Part shown: positions 18,552-27,725 of the stretch, piece by piece
How the letters are laid out: each line of letters opens with the position of its first letter
Numbering within the stretch: position 1 is the first letter of the stretch
Origin: Flavobacteriales bacterium
GTDB taxonomy: Bacteria; Bacteroidota; Bacteroidia; Flavobacteriales_F; PHOS-HE28
Length of the DNA stretch: 48,013 nt
Reading direction: 5' to 3'
Assembly: GCA_020437875.1 (NCBI GenBank)
Contig: JAGQVR010000003.1
Span: 1 to 48,013, forward strand
Translations under genes and position numbers: made by a program
The notes under the pieces: generated by a model
Databases searched by the model: none
What the model saw: only the letters and a program-made list of their open reading frames with translations
What the model was told of the DNA's origin: nothing

Positions 18552-19637
18552 TCAGCGCATGTTGTTCGCCGTTTCCGCGTCGAAGGGCTCATCGTCGTCA
18601 TCGAGCGGCTTGCTCGCGGTATAGGTGCGCCACTTCTCCAGGACGGCCTGCATGTCCGAGGGCAGCGGGCTCTCAAAGTGCATGCGCTTCCCGGTGAAAG
18701 GATGGTCGATATCGAGCGTGCGCGCGTGCAGGGCCTGCCGCGGCAGCTGCTTGAAGCAGTTCTCGACGAACTGCCGGTACTTGGTGAAGGTGGTCCCCTT
18801 CAGCACACGATCACCCCCGTAGGCCGCATCGTTGAAGAGCGGATGACCGGTCCATTGCATGTGCACCCGGATCTGATGCGTGCGCCCGGTCTCCAACTTG
18901 CATTCGACCAGGGTCACATAACGGAAACGTTCGAGCACCTTCCAGCGCGTGATGGCCGGTTTGCCCTGATCACCTTCCGGATATACGAATTGCACGGTCC
19001 TGTCCTTCACGCTGCGACCGATGTGCCCCTCGATCACGCCCTCCTCCTCCGCGAAGTCGCCCCAGACGAGCGCGCTGTATCGACGGTCGCTCGTGCGATC
19101 GAAGAATTGACGGGCCAGGTGCGTGAGCGCCTCCTCCGTCTTACCGATGACCATGACACCGCTCGTGTCCTTGTCCAACCGATGCACCAGGCCCGGACGA
19201 GGGATCTCCGCACCCGGAGTGCTTGGCAGTTTCCCGAAGTGGAAGAGCAGAGCGTTCACCAGGGTGCCGGTCCAGTTGCCATGACCGGGGTGCACCACGA
19301 GCCCGGCCTGCTTGTCGATCACCAGGATGTGGTCGTCCTCGAAGAGCACCTTCAGTGGGATATCCTCGGGCAGGATCTCGACCTCGCGCTGTGGGTACGG
19401 CAGCACGATGCTGATCTCGTCACCGGGCTTCACCTTCTGGCTCGGCTTGGAAACCTTGCCATTCACGAGCACATTGCCCGCCTTTGCCGCGACCTGGATG
19501 CGGTTCCGCGAGGTGTGTGCCAGCCGATCAAAGAGGAACTTGTCCAGCCTTATCAGCGACTGTTTCGGATCGCATACGATGCGATGGTGCTCGAAGAGCT
19601 CCTGCTCCTCCCCGATCGGGTCGAGTTCCTGCTCCAT
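18552..19637 (-). CDS. rluD: RluA/RluD-family 23S rRNA pseudouridine synthase
   Basis: S4 domain 'RLDKFLFDRLAHTSRNRIQ', catalytic 'HRLDKDTSGVMVIGK' and 'GRTHQIRVH'. The start is at the internal 'MEQELDP', which overlaps the upstream gene's stop (ATGA). Confidence 0.85.
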   Translation of the reverse strand: MEQELDPIGEEQELFEHHRIVCDPKQSLIRLDKFLFDRLAHTSRNRIQVAAKAGNVLVNGKVSKPSQKVKPGDEISIVLPYPQREVEILPEDIPLKVLFEDDHILVIDKQAGLVVHPGHGNWTGTLVNALLFHFGKLPSTPGAEIPRPGLVHRLDKDTSGVMVIGKTEEALTHLARQFFDRTSDRRYSALVWGDFAEEEGVIEGHIGRSVKDRTVQFVYPEGDQGKPAITRWKVLERFRYVTLVECKLETGRTHQIRVHMQWTGHPLFNDAAYGGDRVLKGTTFTKYRQFVENCFKQLPRQALHARTLDIDHPFTGKRMHFESPLPSDMQAVLEKWRTYTASKPLDDDDEPFDAETANNMR

Positions 19638-21892
19638 CAGTGCTGTACCACGAGCCGTCCCTGTCCGACCAAGGTCCCATCGCCGTCGACCACGTGCAGT
19701 ACGTAGAGCCCACTGCCAAGCGCGGACGTGTTCAAGGGAGCACGGCCGTTCCATGCTTCATTGAACACCTCACGCCCGGTGGCGTCCATGCAACGCACGT
19801 AAGAACGACCCGTGATCCCGCCTGCACTGATGATGCGCACCAGGTCAGAGGCAGGGTTCGGAACGAACCGCAGGTCGGTGCCCGCACCGATGGTCTCATC
19901 GATGGAGGCCCATGGATCCACTTCGGACACCATGACCGGCCGCATCATGAGCGATCCATTGAAGCTGGTGTTCTGGAAGCTTCCGCTCGTCTGGTAATGG
20001 ATCTTCGTTCGGTTGTTCCTGTTGCGATCGAATCCCAGGTTCATCTTCACCGCGTTGGTCTGGACCCAACCGACATAGATGGTGCCTTCCACGCGGATCA
20101 CACTGTCCAAAGGGTACTCGACGAACTTGTCGATCCCATCGAGGCGGTATTCCGGAGACGAGAACGAGAAATTCTGGTGCTGGATCACTTCGGGGCTCAA
20201 ACTGGTCCAGACGGTAAGGAGGAATGAACCCTGGTCCGGGGCCGGGTCGGGTGGTTGGTTCGCCACCGGATTGAAGTACATGCGGATGGCACGAAGGGAA
20301 TCCGCGCCGACCAGGTCGAAGCGATAGGCCAGTTTCGCACCGGCCAGGTTCAGGCTGTAGCCCATCTCCGCCGATCCGTCGTCATACGCGTAATAGTTGC
20401 TCAACTCCTGCGTCAGACGCATCGTGTCGTTGTACTGGTTGATGTCAGGCGTGGCCTCGGCCAGGAAGCGGACATCATGGAAGGCGGCATCCGTGGAAGC
20501 CGTGTTGTCGAACACGAAGAAGTTCGGCGAGCTGTTGATCGAGTGGGTGCTGTTGATGATGCTCGCTGCGTTGTTGTTCGGGCTGACCCCGTTCACGAAC
20601 GACGCGAATGGACCTCCATCCTGGTTCACCGCGGTCATGCCATACTCGATCAATCGGTCGTTGATGTCGAGGTTCCTTATCCGCTCGTTGACCTGCAATG
20701 CCATGGCCGACCCCGGGGCGACCTGGAATTGATCATAGGGGATTGATGTATACGTCTGAAGGATACTCGCCTCCGGCATCACCCACGCCACGTCAACGAT
20801 GCGAACATCGTTGTAGGACCTCTGCCGTCCGAGACGTACATAGTCCAGGTGCCAGTGGTCGAAGGAGCCGCTGAGGGTGGCGTAGTTCACGAACCGGAAT
20901 TGGAAATCAGGCTTCAGGAATCGGCTCTGGGTGATGGGCACGAGGACCTGCTGGAAGGGCGCCTGATCAACATAGGGGATCGCCCACGCCTTGTACCAGG
21001 TCTGTTCGTCCGGTGCATAGAACTCGAGCAGGAGACTGTCGATCACCTGTGGGAAGGTGTCACCGCTCAGGCCCTTCGCCTGATAGAAGAAGCTCAGATA
21101 GATGGAATCACTCTCCGGATAATCGAGGTTGATCGGCACGGAGGTGAGCTTGTCCGCCCGGCCATGCGACGTGTAGTTGGCGAAGTCATAGGGATATCCC
21201 GTCCGTGCGAGCCCATCGAAGGTGGCCACCCCGATCGTCGGCGGATCGACCGGATAAGTGCCATTGATGTACACATCGTCGTCCTGCCAAAGGATCAACG
21301 GCGTGGGCATGCTGTTCATCGTGTAGGTCCCCTCGGCGGGAGGAACTTGATACACGAGCAGTGAATCCTGGATCCATGAAGGGCTCTGCACGTGGATCGT
21401 ATCCGGCGGCGGTGCGCCGAGCGAATCAAGGATGTTGTACGCCGGCCATCCCTCGACGAGCGTGCTCATGGGTGGATAGACCGAAAGGTCCAGCACGGTG
21501 ATCATCACGCTCGGCAGGGGGATGCGCGTCGTGACGGGTGGTTCGCTCGCGTCGATCACGGTCCGGTAGGTCGTATCGCTCATGTAGCGCATGTCCGGCG
21601 TGGAGACCCCTGCTACCTCCAGGCGGTACACCGTATCGTCCAGGGTCACACCGGGATCATTCTCGGTCGCATTCCGCTTCCGGGTACGGTCGATGGAGAA
21701 GTCATCCATCAGCGGGACCTGCTGCGTGACGAACTGGTAGTCGAAGTAACGCTTCACCCCGTCGTCACTCTTGGCACGTACCGCCTGATCCTGCGGCCTT
21801 GCCGACAGTGCCTCCAGCAACTCACCTTGCGCGAACGCACCGAGCCCGGCGCACCACGCACCGATCATCATCCAAGTCCTACCGTGCTTCAT
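19637..21892 (-). CDS. Large secreted protein of unknown function with T9SS type-A C-terminal sorting domain
   Basis: Signal peptide 'MKHGRTWMMIGAWCAGLGAFAQ'. The C-terminal 'LRFVPNPASDLVRI...GLYVLHVVD...' is a Por-secretion tail. I recognise no catalytic motif in the ~650-aa body. Confidence 0.75.
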   Translation of the reverse strand: MKHGRTWMMIGAWCAGLGAFAQGELLEALSARPQDQAVRAKSDDGVKRYFDYQFVTQQVPLMDDFSIDRTRKRNATENDPGVTLDDTVYRLEVAGVSTPDMRYMSDTTYRTVIDASEPPVTTRIPLPSVMITVLDLSVYPPMSTLVEGWPAYNILDSLGAPPPDTIHVQSPSWIQDSLLVYQVPPAEGTYTMNSMPTPLILWQDDDVYINGTYPVDPPTIGVATFDGLARTGYPYDFANYTSHGRADKLTSVPINLDYPESDSIYLSFFYQAKGLSGDTFPQVIDSLLLEFYAPDEQTWYKAWAIPYVDQAPFQQVLVPITQSRFLKPDFQFRFVNYATLSGSFDHWHLDYVRLGRQRSYNDVRIVDVAWVMPEASILQTYTSIPYDQFQVAPGSAMALQVNERIRNLDINDRLIEYGMTAVNQDGGPFASFVNGVSPNNNAASIINSTHSINSSPNFFVFDNTASTDAAFHDVRFLAEATPDINQYNDTMRLTQELSNYYAYDDGSAEMGYSLNLAGAKLAYRFDLVGADSLRAIRMYFNPVANQPPDPAPDQGSFLLTVWTSLSPEVIQHQNFSFSSPEYRLDGIDKFVEYPLDSVIRVEGTIYVGWVQTNAVKMNLGFDRNRNNRTKIHYQTSGSFQNTSFNGSLMMRPVMVSEVDPWASIDETIGAGTDLRFVPNPASDLVRIISAGGITGRSYVRCMDATGREVFNEAWNGRAPLNTSALGSGLYVLHVVDGDGTLVGQGRLVVQH

Positions 21893-22703
21893 CCAAGGTG
21901 TCGGTTTCGGTATAGCGTGTGGGGTCGTTCCATCCCTCCTTCGGACGCAGTCCCGCCGTATCCGCGGTCAACCAGATGTCGATCGTGCTTCCCAGCGGGA
22001 TGCGGTTGTTCGAGGAGGCCGCCGGTGACTGCCGGCGCACCCTCGCCAACGTGGAATCCGCGCTGGTATTGCAGCCAGCACATTCCACCAGGACTCCAAG
22101 GTTCAGGGAAGCCATGTTCAAGACCATCTGCACCTCCGCGTTGGTCAAACCAGCGAGGTCCGGTACAGGGACGCGCTGACCGTGGTCCCCGCTGCCCAGC
22201 ACCAGTGTAATGGACTCGCCTTGCGCGATCCGGGCATCCGGCGCGATGGGCCCGCCCTTGTACAACTGTGCGATCACACAATCCACACAGGGGTCGGGCT
22301 TGTACTGCAGCTCCTTCACCTTCAGACCGATGATATCGAGGACCGAGATGGCCTGCCGCTTGGAAAGGTCCACCAGCCGTGGCATGTCGATCATCTTGGG
22401 CTGGCTCGCGTTCAGTACGAGGTAGACCTTCCGCCCCGGCTTCACATCGACCCCCGCATCGGGATCCTGGTCCACCACGCCGCCTTTCGGCAGCTCATTC
22501 GAGTAGATGGAATCGATGACCACCGCATGCAACTCACGGGCCGCCAGCATTGACGTGGCTTCAGCCAGGGAAAGTCCGGAGAGATCGGGGACGCGCGCAG
22601 TGGTCCCATGCAAGGTGTACGATCGCAGCCAGAGCCAGCCTCCGAAGAGGAGCAGGGCCACCACCACCACCGGGGCCAGGATATGGAAGAGACGGGCACG
22701 CAT
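21879..22703 (-). CDS. Stand-alone PASTA-domain protein (N-terminal TM plus three PASTA repeats)
   Basis: Internal start 'MRARLFHILAPVVVVALLLFGGWLW' forms a TM helix. Repeats start 'VPDLSGLSLAEA', 'MPRLVDLSKRQA' and 'VPDLAGLTNAEV'. Confidence 0.8.
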   Translation of the reverse strand: MRARLFHILAPVVVVALLLFGGWLWLRSYTLHGTTARVPDLSGLSLAEATSMLAARELHAVVIDSIYSNELPKGGVVDQDPDAGVDVKPGRKVYLVLNASQPKMIDMPRLVDLSKRQAISVLDIIGLKVKELQYKPDPCVDCVIAQLYKGGPIAPDARIAQGESITLVLGSGDHGQRVPVPDLAGLTNAEVQMVLNMASLNLGVLVECAGCNTSADSTLARVRRQSPAASSNNRIPLGSTIDIWLTADTAGLRPKEGWNDPTRYTETDTLDEAR

Positions 22704-22711
22704 AAGGCGGC

Positions 22712-22719
22712 CAAAGATA
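22712..22719 (-). promoter_or_regulatory. Bacteroidota -7 box (TATCTTTG on the minus strand) just upstream of the PASTA gene
   Basis: Perfect TAnnTTTG only 9 nt from the chosen ATG, which would give an almost leaderless mRNA. A partial CAGCTTTG at 22802-22809 on the plus strand precedes ddl. Confidence 0.3.
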
Positions 22720-22825
22720 GCCGGACCGTTCTGCGGCGGTTCCACATGCCCTCGTTCACAGTTCCCGTGCTCCCGGCCCGGCGAACACCCCCGCACCACG
22801 CCAGCTTTGTGGCGACCCCCACACC

Positions 22826-23839
22826 ATGGCAACCGACCTCATCGCCGTATTCTGCGGTGGATACACCGGCGAGTCCGTGATCAGCTTGCAAAGCGCACGC
22901 ATCATGATGGACGCCCTGGATGCCACACGGTATGAAGGGCTGTTCGTCCAGGTGGACCGCTCCGGTTGGACCTGCACCCGGGCTGACGGGCAGGAGATCC
23001 CCTTCGACAGGGCCCTGTTCACCGCTGATCGCGGGCAGGGTCATGAGCGATTCGCCGCCGCGCTGATCGCGATCCATGGTCCGCCCGGAGAGGACGGCAG
23101 ATTGCAGGGCTATCTGGACATGCTCGATGTACCCTACCAGACGGGCGGGGTCCTGGCCATGGCATTGACCATGAGCAAGTACAGCACCACGGGACTGCTG
23201 CGCCAGATGGGCTTCCCGGTCGCGCCTTCCGTCGTGTTGCGCGGACGTGATGCAGGTACCGAGGCACGCGTGCTGCGCGAGGTCGGTCTACCCTGCTTCG
23301 TGAAACCGGACGGAAGTGGAAGCAGCCTGGGGATCAGCAAGGTGAAAACAGCGGATGAACTGCCCGCCGCGCTGGACAAGGCCTTCGCCGAGGACCGGTC
23401 GGTGATGTGTGAAGGTTTCGTCCGTGGACGCGAGCTCACCTGTGGCGTCATCCGCCTACCCGACGGTGTGCAGGCATTGCCGATCTGTGAGATCCGCACC
23501 ACCAGTGAATTCTTCGATTACCATGCGAAGTACCATGCTGCGGACACGCAGGAGATCGTGCCGGCGCCGATCCCGGAGACGGTGGCCCGGATCGTGCAGG
23601 ATAGGTCCGTGGCGATCTACGAAGCCCTCGACCTTGATGGGATGGTGCGCGTGGACCACTTCTGGAAGGATCCCGGTGAGCAGGCCACCGACGTGGTGAC
23701 GATCGAGGTGAACACCACGCCGGGATTCAGCGCTGCCAGCATCTACCCGAAGATGCTGAACGCAGCGGGCATCGGAGTACCGGGTGCCATCAACGGTCTG
23801 GTGGAGGTGATGCTTCAGCGGACGCGATCGGAGAGGTAG
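22826..23839 (+). CDS. ddl: D-alanine--D-alanine ligase
   Basis: 'IAVFCGGYTGESVISLQSA', 'IHGPPGEDGRLQGYLD', 'FVKPDGSGSSLGISKV' and 'IEVNTTPG' indicate an ATP-grasp Ddl. Confidence 0.9.
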   Translation: MATDLIAVFCGGYTGESVISLQSARIMMDALDATRYEGLFVQVDRSGWTCTRADGQEIPFDRALFTADRGQGHERFAAALIAIHGPPGEDGRLQGYLDMLDVPYQTGGVLAMALTMSKYSTTGLLRQMGFPVAPSVVLRGRDAGTEARVLREVGLPCFVKPDGSGSSLGISKVKTADELPAALDKAFAEDRSVMCEGFVRGRELTCGVIRLPDGVQALPICEIRTTSEFFDYHAKYHAADTQEIVPAPIPETVARIVQDRSVAIYEALDLDGMVRVDHFWKDPGEQATDVVTIEVNTTPGFSAASIYPKMLNAAGIGVPGAINGLVEVMLQRTRSER

Positions 23840-24396
23840 GCCACCAGCTTGTCCACCGCACGACGCCGGTGGCTGATGGCGTTCTTCGCCTCCTTGTCCA
23901 TCTCCGCGAAGGTGAGCTTGCCTCCTTCCGGAACGAAGACAGGATCATAGCCGAATCCTCCATCCCCACGAGGCAACTCGGTGATGGTACCGGAAACGCT
24001 TCCTTCGAATGTCTGTTCACCGGTATCGTCGATCAAGGCGATCACCGTCCGGAAGCGCGCCGTACGTCCCTTGCCCGCCAGTTCGGTCAGGAGTCGACCC
24101 ATGTTCGCCTGCGGGTCGCGGGCAGCACCGGCATAACGGGCGGAGAACACCCCGGGCGCACCGTTCAACGCATCCACCTCGAGACCGGTATCGTCCGCGA
24201 TGCAAGGCAGATCACAGCGTTCATGGGCATATCGCGCCTTCTGGAGCGCGTTGGCCTCGAGCGTATCGCCCGTTTCCGGCAGGTCGGCTGGAAGCCCTAC
24301 AGCATCCAAGTCGATGAGTTCGAGCTTTTCCGGGAGCAAAGCACGAAGCTCGGCCACCTTCCCCTTGTTGCCCGTGCACAGGACCGCCTTACGCAT
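23815..24396 (-). CDS. rdgB: Non-canonical purine NTP pyrophosphatase (RdgB/HAM1 family)
   Basis: 'LCTGNKGKVAELR', 'EDTGLEVDALNGAPGV'-like 'ADDTGLEVDALNGAPGVFSARY', 'FGYDPVF' and 'ISHRRRA'. Confidence 0.9.
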   Translation of the reverse strand: MRKAVLCTGNKGKVAELRALLPEKLELIDLDAVGLPADLPETGDTLEANALQKARYAHERCDLPCIADDTGLEVDALNGAPGVFSARYAGAARDPQANMGRLLTELAGKGRTARFRTVIALIDDTGEQTFEGSVSGTITELPRGDGGFGYDPVFVPEGGKLTFAEMDKEAKNAISHRRRAVDKLVAYLSDRVR

Positions 24397-25336
24397 GTCC
24401 CTGATCCTTGATCGAAGCTACCATCGTGGTGCGCACGGCATATTGTGGCTTACCGCGCTGCATCAGGTAGAGCCGGCCGAGGTATTCCCCGATGAGGCCC
24501 AGCGTTAGCAATTGGATGCCCGCGAAGACCAGGACCACGGATACGATGGAGGCCCAGCCCTGCGGCGTGTCCTTGAAGAAGCGCTCATACACCGCGACCA
24601 TGGCCATGACGAAGCCGACGATACTGAACATCGCACCGATGAAACTGCTGATCCGCAGCGGCATCACGGAGAAGTTCACGAACATCATGAGCCAATGCCG
24701 TATCAACTTCCGAAGGGTGTAGCCGCTCTTGCCCTCGGTGCGTGGCGCGTGCTGGACGGTCAGGCGGCCGATCCTCCGGGTGTTCTCAAGGATCAACCCA
24801 TCGATGTATGGATACGGGCCGGTGTACTGTACCACCCGATCGCGCAGGAAACGGTTGATGCACCTGAAGCTCGACAGATAGAGGCCCTTCGGCTTGTCGA
24901 TCATGAAACGGGCCATCACGTCGTTGAACCGGCTGCCCAGGTTGCGAAAGAGCGAATGGTGCTTCTCCTCGTAGCGCGTATACACGACGTCCAGATCCGG
25001 GTTCGCCCTGGCGTACTCGTACAGCTTCACCACCTCCGACGGTGGGTTCTGGAAATCATCATCGATGTTCATGATGTAGCATCCAGTGGCTGCGGCATAC
25101 CCGGCCATCACCGCATTGTGCTCTCCGAAGTTCCGCGCCAGGTCGATGGCGATGATGGGCATGGGTGCCGTCGTACAAAGGCGTTGGATCACCTTCCAGC
25201 TGTCATCGGCGCTACCATCGTTCACCAGGACCAGTTCCACGCCATCCGGAATGTGCAGCTTGGCCAGCTCATGCACCAGGCGTTCGATGGTACCCGCACC
25301 GTTGTAGACCGGTATGACGATGGAAAGGGCCGTCAT
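24389..25336 (-). CDS. GT2 polyprenyl-phosphate glycosyltransferase (ArnC/GtrB-like) with C-terminal TM pair; cassette 1
   Basis: 'LSIVIPVYNGAGTI', 'VNDGSADDS' and 'NIDDDFQNPP'. The C-terminal helices with 'LGLIGEYLGRLY' are typical of ArnC/GtrB/DPM1-type enzymes. Confidence 0.75.
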   Translation of the reverse strand: MTALSIVIPVYNGAGTIERLVHELAKLHIPDGVELVLVNDGSADDSWKVIQRLCTTAPMPIIAIDLARNFGEHNAVMAGYAAATGCYIMNIDDDFQNPPSEVVKLYEYARANPDLDVVYTRYEEKHHSLFRNLGSRFNDVMARFMIDKPKGLYLSSFRCINRFLRDRVVQYTGPYPYIDGLILENTRRIGRLTVQHAPRTEGKSGYTLRKLIRHWLMMFVNFSVMPLRISSFIGAMFSIVGFVMAMVAVYERFFKDTPQGWASIVSVVLVFAGIQLLTLGLIGEYLGRLYLMQRGKPQYAVRTTMVASIKDQGHA

Positions 25337-26070
25337 GACATGGGACTTCGTGCCACGATGAACAGGGAACCACCGAAGGGGAGCCGGATCCCATTGGAGA
25401 GCATCACGGACTCCAGGTGGACGCAAGCTTTGAAGATGCCGTTCATCATCGGATGGAAAGGCGTCACATCACTGGCGGCCGGGGCGGGCAGGATCTTTCT
25501 CCTCAGTACCATGAGCGGGAAGAGAAGCGTGTTCCAATACGATGCGAAGATGGGCTGAAAGCCGTGGCGGCGCAAGAGGCCCAGCACTTCACGCCGATGG
25601 AAGCGCCGCACCTGGCCCACCGCCCTGTCATGGTAGGATAACATCCATTGATAGGCCGCCAGGTTGATGACGCACAGACCTCCGGGACGCAATACCCTGT
25701 TGAAACCAGCGATGGCCGCGTCCACGTCGATGGCATAGCCGAGGACGTCCGAGCTGACCACCACATCGAACGATGCATCCGGATACGGAAGGGCATCGAC
25801 CGAACCCACGGCCACCGAGGCACCGGTCTTGGCATGTGTGAAGTCGCAAGCCTGTTGAGCGATGTCCAATCCGTTCAGTCGTGCTTTCGGGAATGCCCGT
25901 TCGATCGCGCCCAAGGTCCCTCCGGTGCCGCAGCCGGCATCCAATATGTCCTTCACCCCAGGCTGGAACCGACGCAACGCGTTGACCACGTTCACATGCA
26001 GGCCGCGATACCACCACATGGTATCCTCGAGCGCTGCCATGCGCTCGTACTCCTCCGGGACCATGCTCAT
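25333..26070 (-). CDS. Class I SAM-dependent methyltransferase (cassette 1; paralog of 29242..29982)
   Basis: 'ILDAGCGTGG' motif I, N-terminal 'MWWYRG' and a hydrophobic C-terminal extension 'NTLLFPLMVLRRK'. It has 4-nt overlaps with both neighbours. Confidence 0.8.
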   Translation of the reverse strand: MSMVPEEYERMAALEDTMWWYRGLHVNVVNALRRFQPGVKDILDAGCGTGGTLGAIERAFPKARLNGLDIAQQACDFTHAKTGASVAVGSVDALPYPDASFDVVVSSDVLGYAIDVDAAIAGFNRVLRPGGLCVINLAAYQWMLSYHDRAVGQVRRFHRREVLGLLRRHGFQPIFASYWNTLLFPLMVLRRKILPAPAASDVTPFHPMMNGIFKACVHLESVMLSNGIRLPFGGSLFIVARSPMS

Positions 26071-26486
26071 AGGCCCTTCAACTTGAGGTATTCCTTCCGG
26101 TCGCGGAGATAGTCCTCCGGATCGTAGGGCTGGTCACAGAACACGGCAAGCACCGTATCCGTGCTTTCGAAGACGATGTGGTTCCAGATCCCCGGCGGGA
26201 TGAACAGGCCCTGCTCGGGACTATCGAGGACGATCCGGCAATGCGAGCGGCCATCATCCAGGATCGCGGATACGCGACCATGCAGGCAAACGATCACCTG
26301 GGAACAGAAGCGATGCGCATGATCGCCTCGGATCCCGCCCGGTGGCACACCCGTGATGGTGAACACCCGTCGAATGGGCATGCCCAGGCTCTCCCCTCCG
26401 ATGTCCGGGAGCACGGTGAGCGTCCCGTTGCGGATGTGCTGCCAGAACCTGAGCTGGACCAGGGAACCGATGGTGGTCTCCTTCAT
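26067..26486 (-). CDS. FdtA/WxcM-like cupin, probable NDP-4-keto-6-deoxyhexose 3,4-ketoisomerase
   Basis: 139 aa. 'PIRRVFTITGVPPGGIRGDHAH...QVIVCLHG...LFIPPGIWN...DPEDYLRD' matches the FdtA/QdtA pattern (RG-x-HAH). Confidence 0.7.
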   Translation of the reverse strand: MKETTIGSLVQLRFWQHIRNGTLTVLPDIGGESLGMPIRRVFTITGVPPGGIRGDHAHRFCSQVIVCLHGRVSAILDDGRSHCRIVLDSPEQGLFIPPGIWNHIVFESTDTVLAVFCDQPYDPEDYLRDRKEYLKLKGL

Positions 26487-27607
26487 GGACGTGATCGGAA
26501 GAATGCGCGGATGGCGTTGATCACAAGATCCTGTTCCTGGTCCGTCAACGCGGGTTGAAGCGGCAGCGAAAGTACCGTACGTGCCAGTTCTTCCGTTACT
26601 GTCATGGGTCCCGTGCGCAACAATTCCCTGTATGCCGGCTGGAGATGGACCGGGGTGGGATAATGGACAGCGGCCTTTATCCCGCCGGCATTCAAGTGCG
26701 CCAGCAAGGCATCCCGCGTGCCCTGATCCCTGGTTCGAACCACGAACAAATGGTACACGTGGTGCACTCCCGGCAGGGTCACGGGCAACAGGATGGGCAG
26801 GTCAGCAAGCTCCCTGAGGTAACGGGCGGCCAGTTCCCGCCTGCGCTCATTGCTCCGGTCAAGATGGCGCAGCTTCACGGTGAGGATGGCCGCTTGCAGT
26901 GGGTCCAATCTGCTGTTCCAACCCTCGACCAGGCTGTACTGCGGGGTGTCCCACCCATATTGCCGCAGACGCCGGATCGCCAAGGCCAGGTCCGCATCCT
27001 TCGTCACCACCATGCCGGCATCGCCGATGGCCCCGAGGTTCTTGGTCGGGTAGAAACTGAAGGTCGACAGGTCGCCAAAGGAACCGACCCTCCGATCACC
27101 ATGCATGGCGCCATGGGCCTGGGCACAGTCCTCGATCAGCCGGAGCCCATGCGCATCACAAAGGGTCGCGAGCCTCGTCAGATCGGCAGGATGTCCGTAC
27201 AGGTGGACCGCGATGATGGCCTTGGTCCGACCGGTGATCAGCGGACGTACCGCCTCCGGATCGATGTTGTAGGATAGAGGATCCACATCGGCAAGCACCG
27301 GTTCCGCACCGCTCATGCGGATGGCAGCTACCGTGGCGACGGCGGTGTGGGAGACCGTGATGACCTCGTCGCCATGCCCTATACGCAAGGCGCGCAGGGC
27401 CAGGTGGATCGCATCGGTACCGTTGTTCACCCCGATGCCATGCGACGACCCGACGAAAGCAGCGAAGGCCTCCTCGAAGCGGGCCACATGCTCACCCAGT
27501 ATGTACGTCGGTCCCTCTAGGACCGACCGGATGGCCGCGTCCAGTTCCGATCGGTGCGCCAGATAATCCGCTCGTGGGTCGCTCGTTGGTATCGACGGAT
27601 CACCCAT
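26483..27607 (-). CDS. DegT/DnrJ/EryC1-family PLP-dependent sugar aminotransferase (FdtB/ArnB-like)
   Basis: 374 aa from the internal ATG. 'GVNNGTDAIHLAL' and 'FSFYPTKNLGAIGDAG' (PLP-lysine region) are present. The longer track ORF has a non-homologous N-terminal extension. Confidence 0.85.
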   Translation of the reverse strand: MGDPSIPTSDPRADYLAHRSELDAAIRSVLEGPTYILGEHVARFEEAFAAFVGSSHGIGVNNGTDAIHLALRALRIGHGDEVITVSHTAVATVAAIRMSGAEPVLADVDPLSYNIDPEAVRPLITGRTKAIIAVHLYGHPADLTRLATLCDAHGLRLIEDCAQAHGAMHGDRRVGSFGDLSTFSFYPTKNLGAIGDAGMVVTKDADLALAIRRLRQYGWDTPQYSLVEGWNSRLDPLQAAILTVKLRHLDRSNERRRELAARYLRELADLPILLPVTLPGVHHVYHLFVVRTRDQGTRDALLAHLNAGGIKAAVHYPTPVHLQPAYRELLRTGPMTVTEELARTVLSLPLQPALTDQEQDLVINAIRAFFRSRP

Positions 27608-27725
27608 GTCGGTGAATTGATGGCCCAAAAGAACACCACCGGGGTCTTCCGGAGAAATCCGCGCAGGTGGAAGGAGCCGTGACTCCTCCGACCATGACGG
27701 TAGTCCGGACCTGAGATGCACCTTT

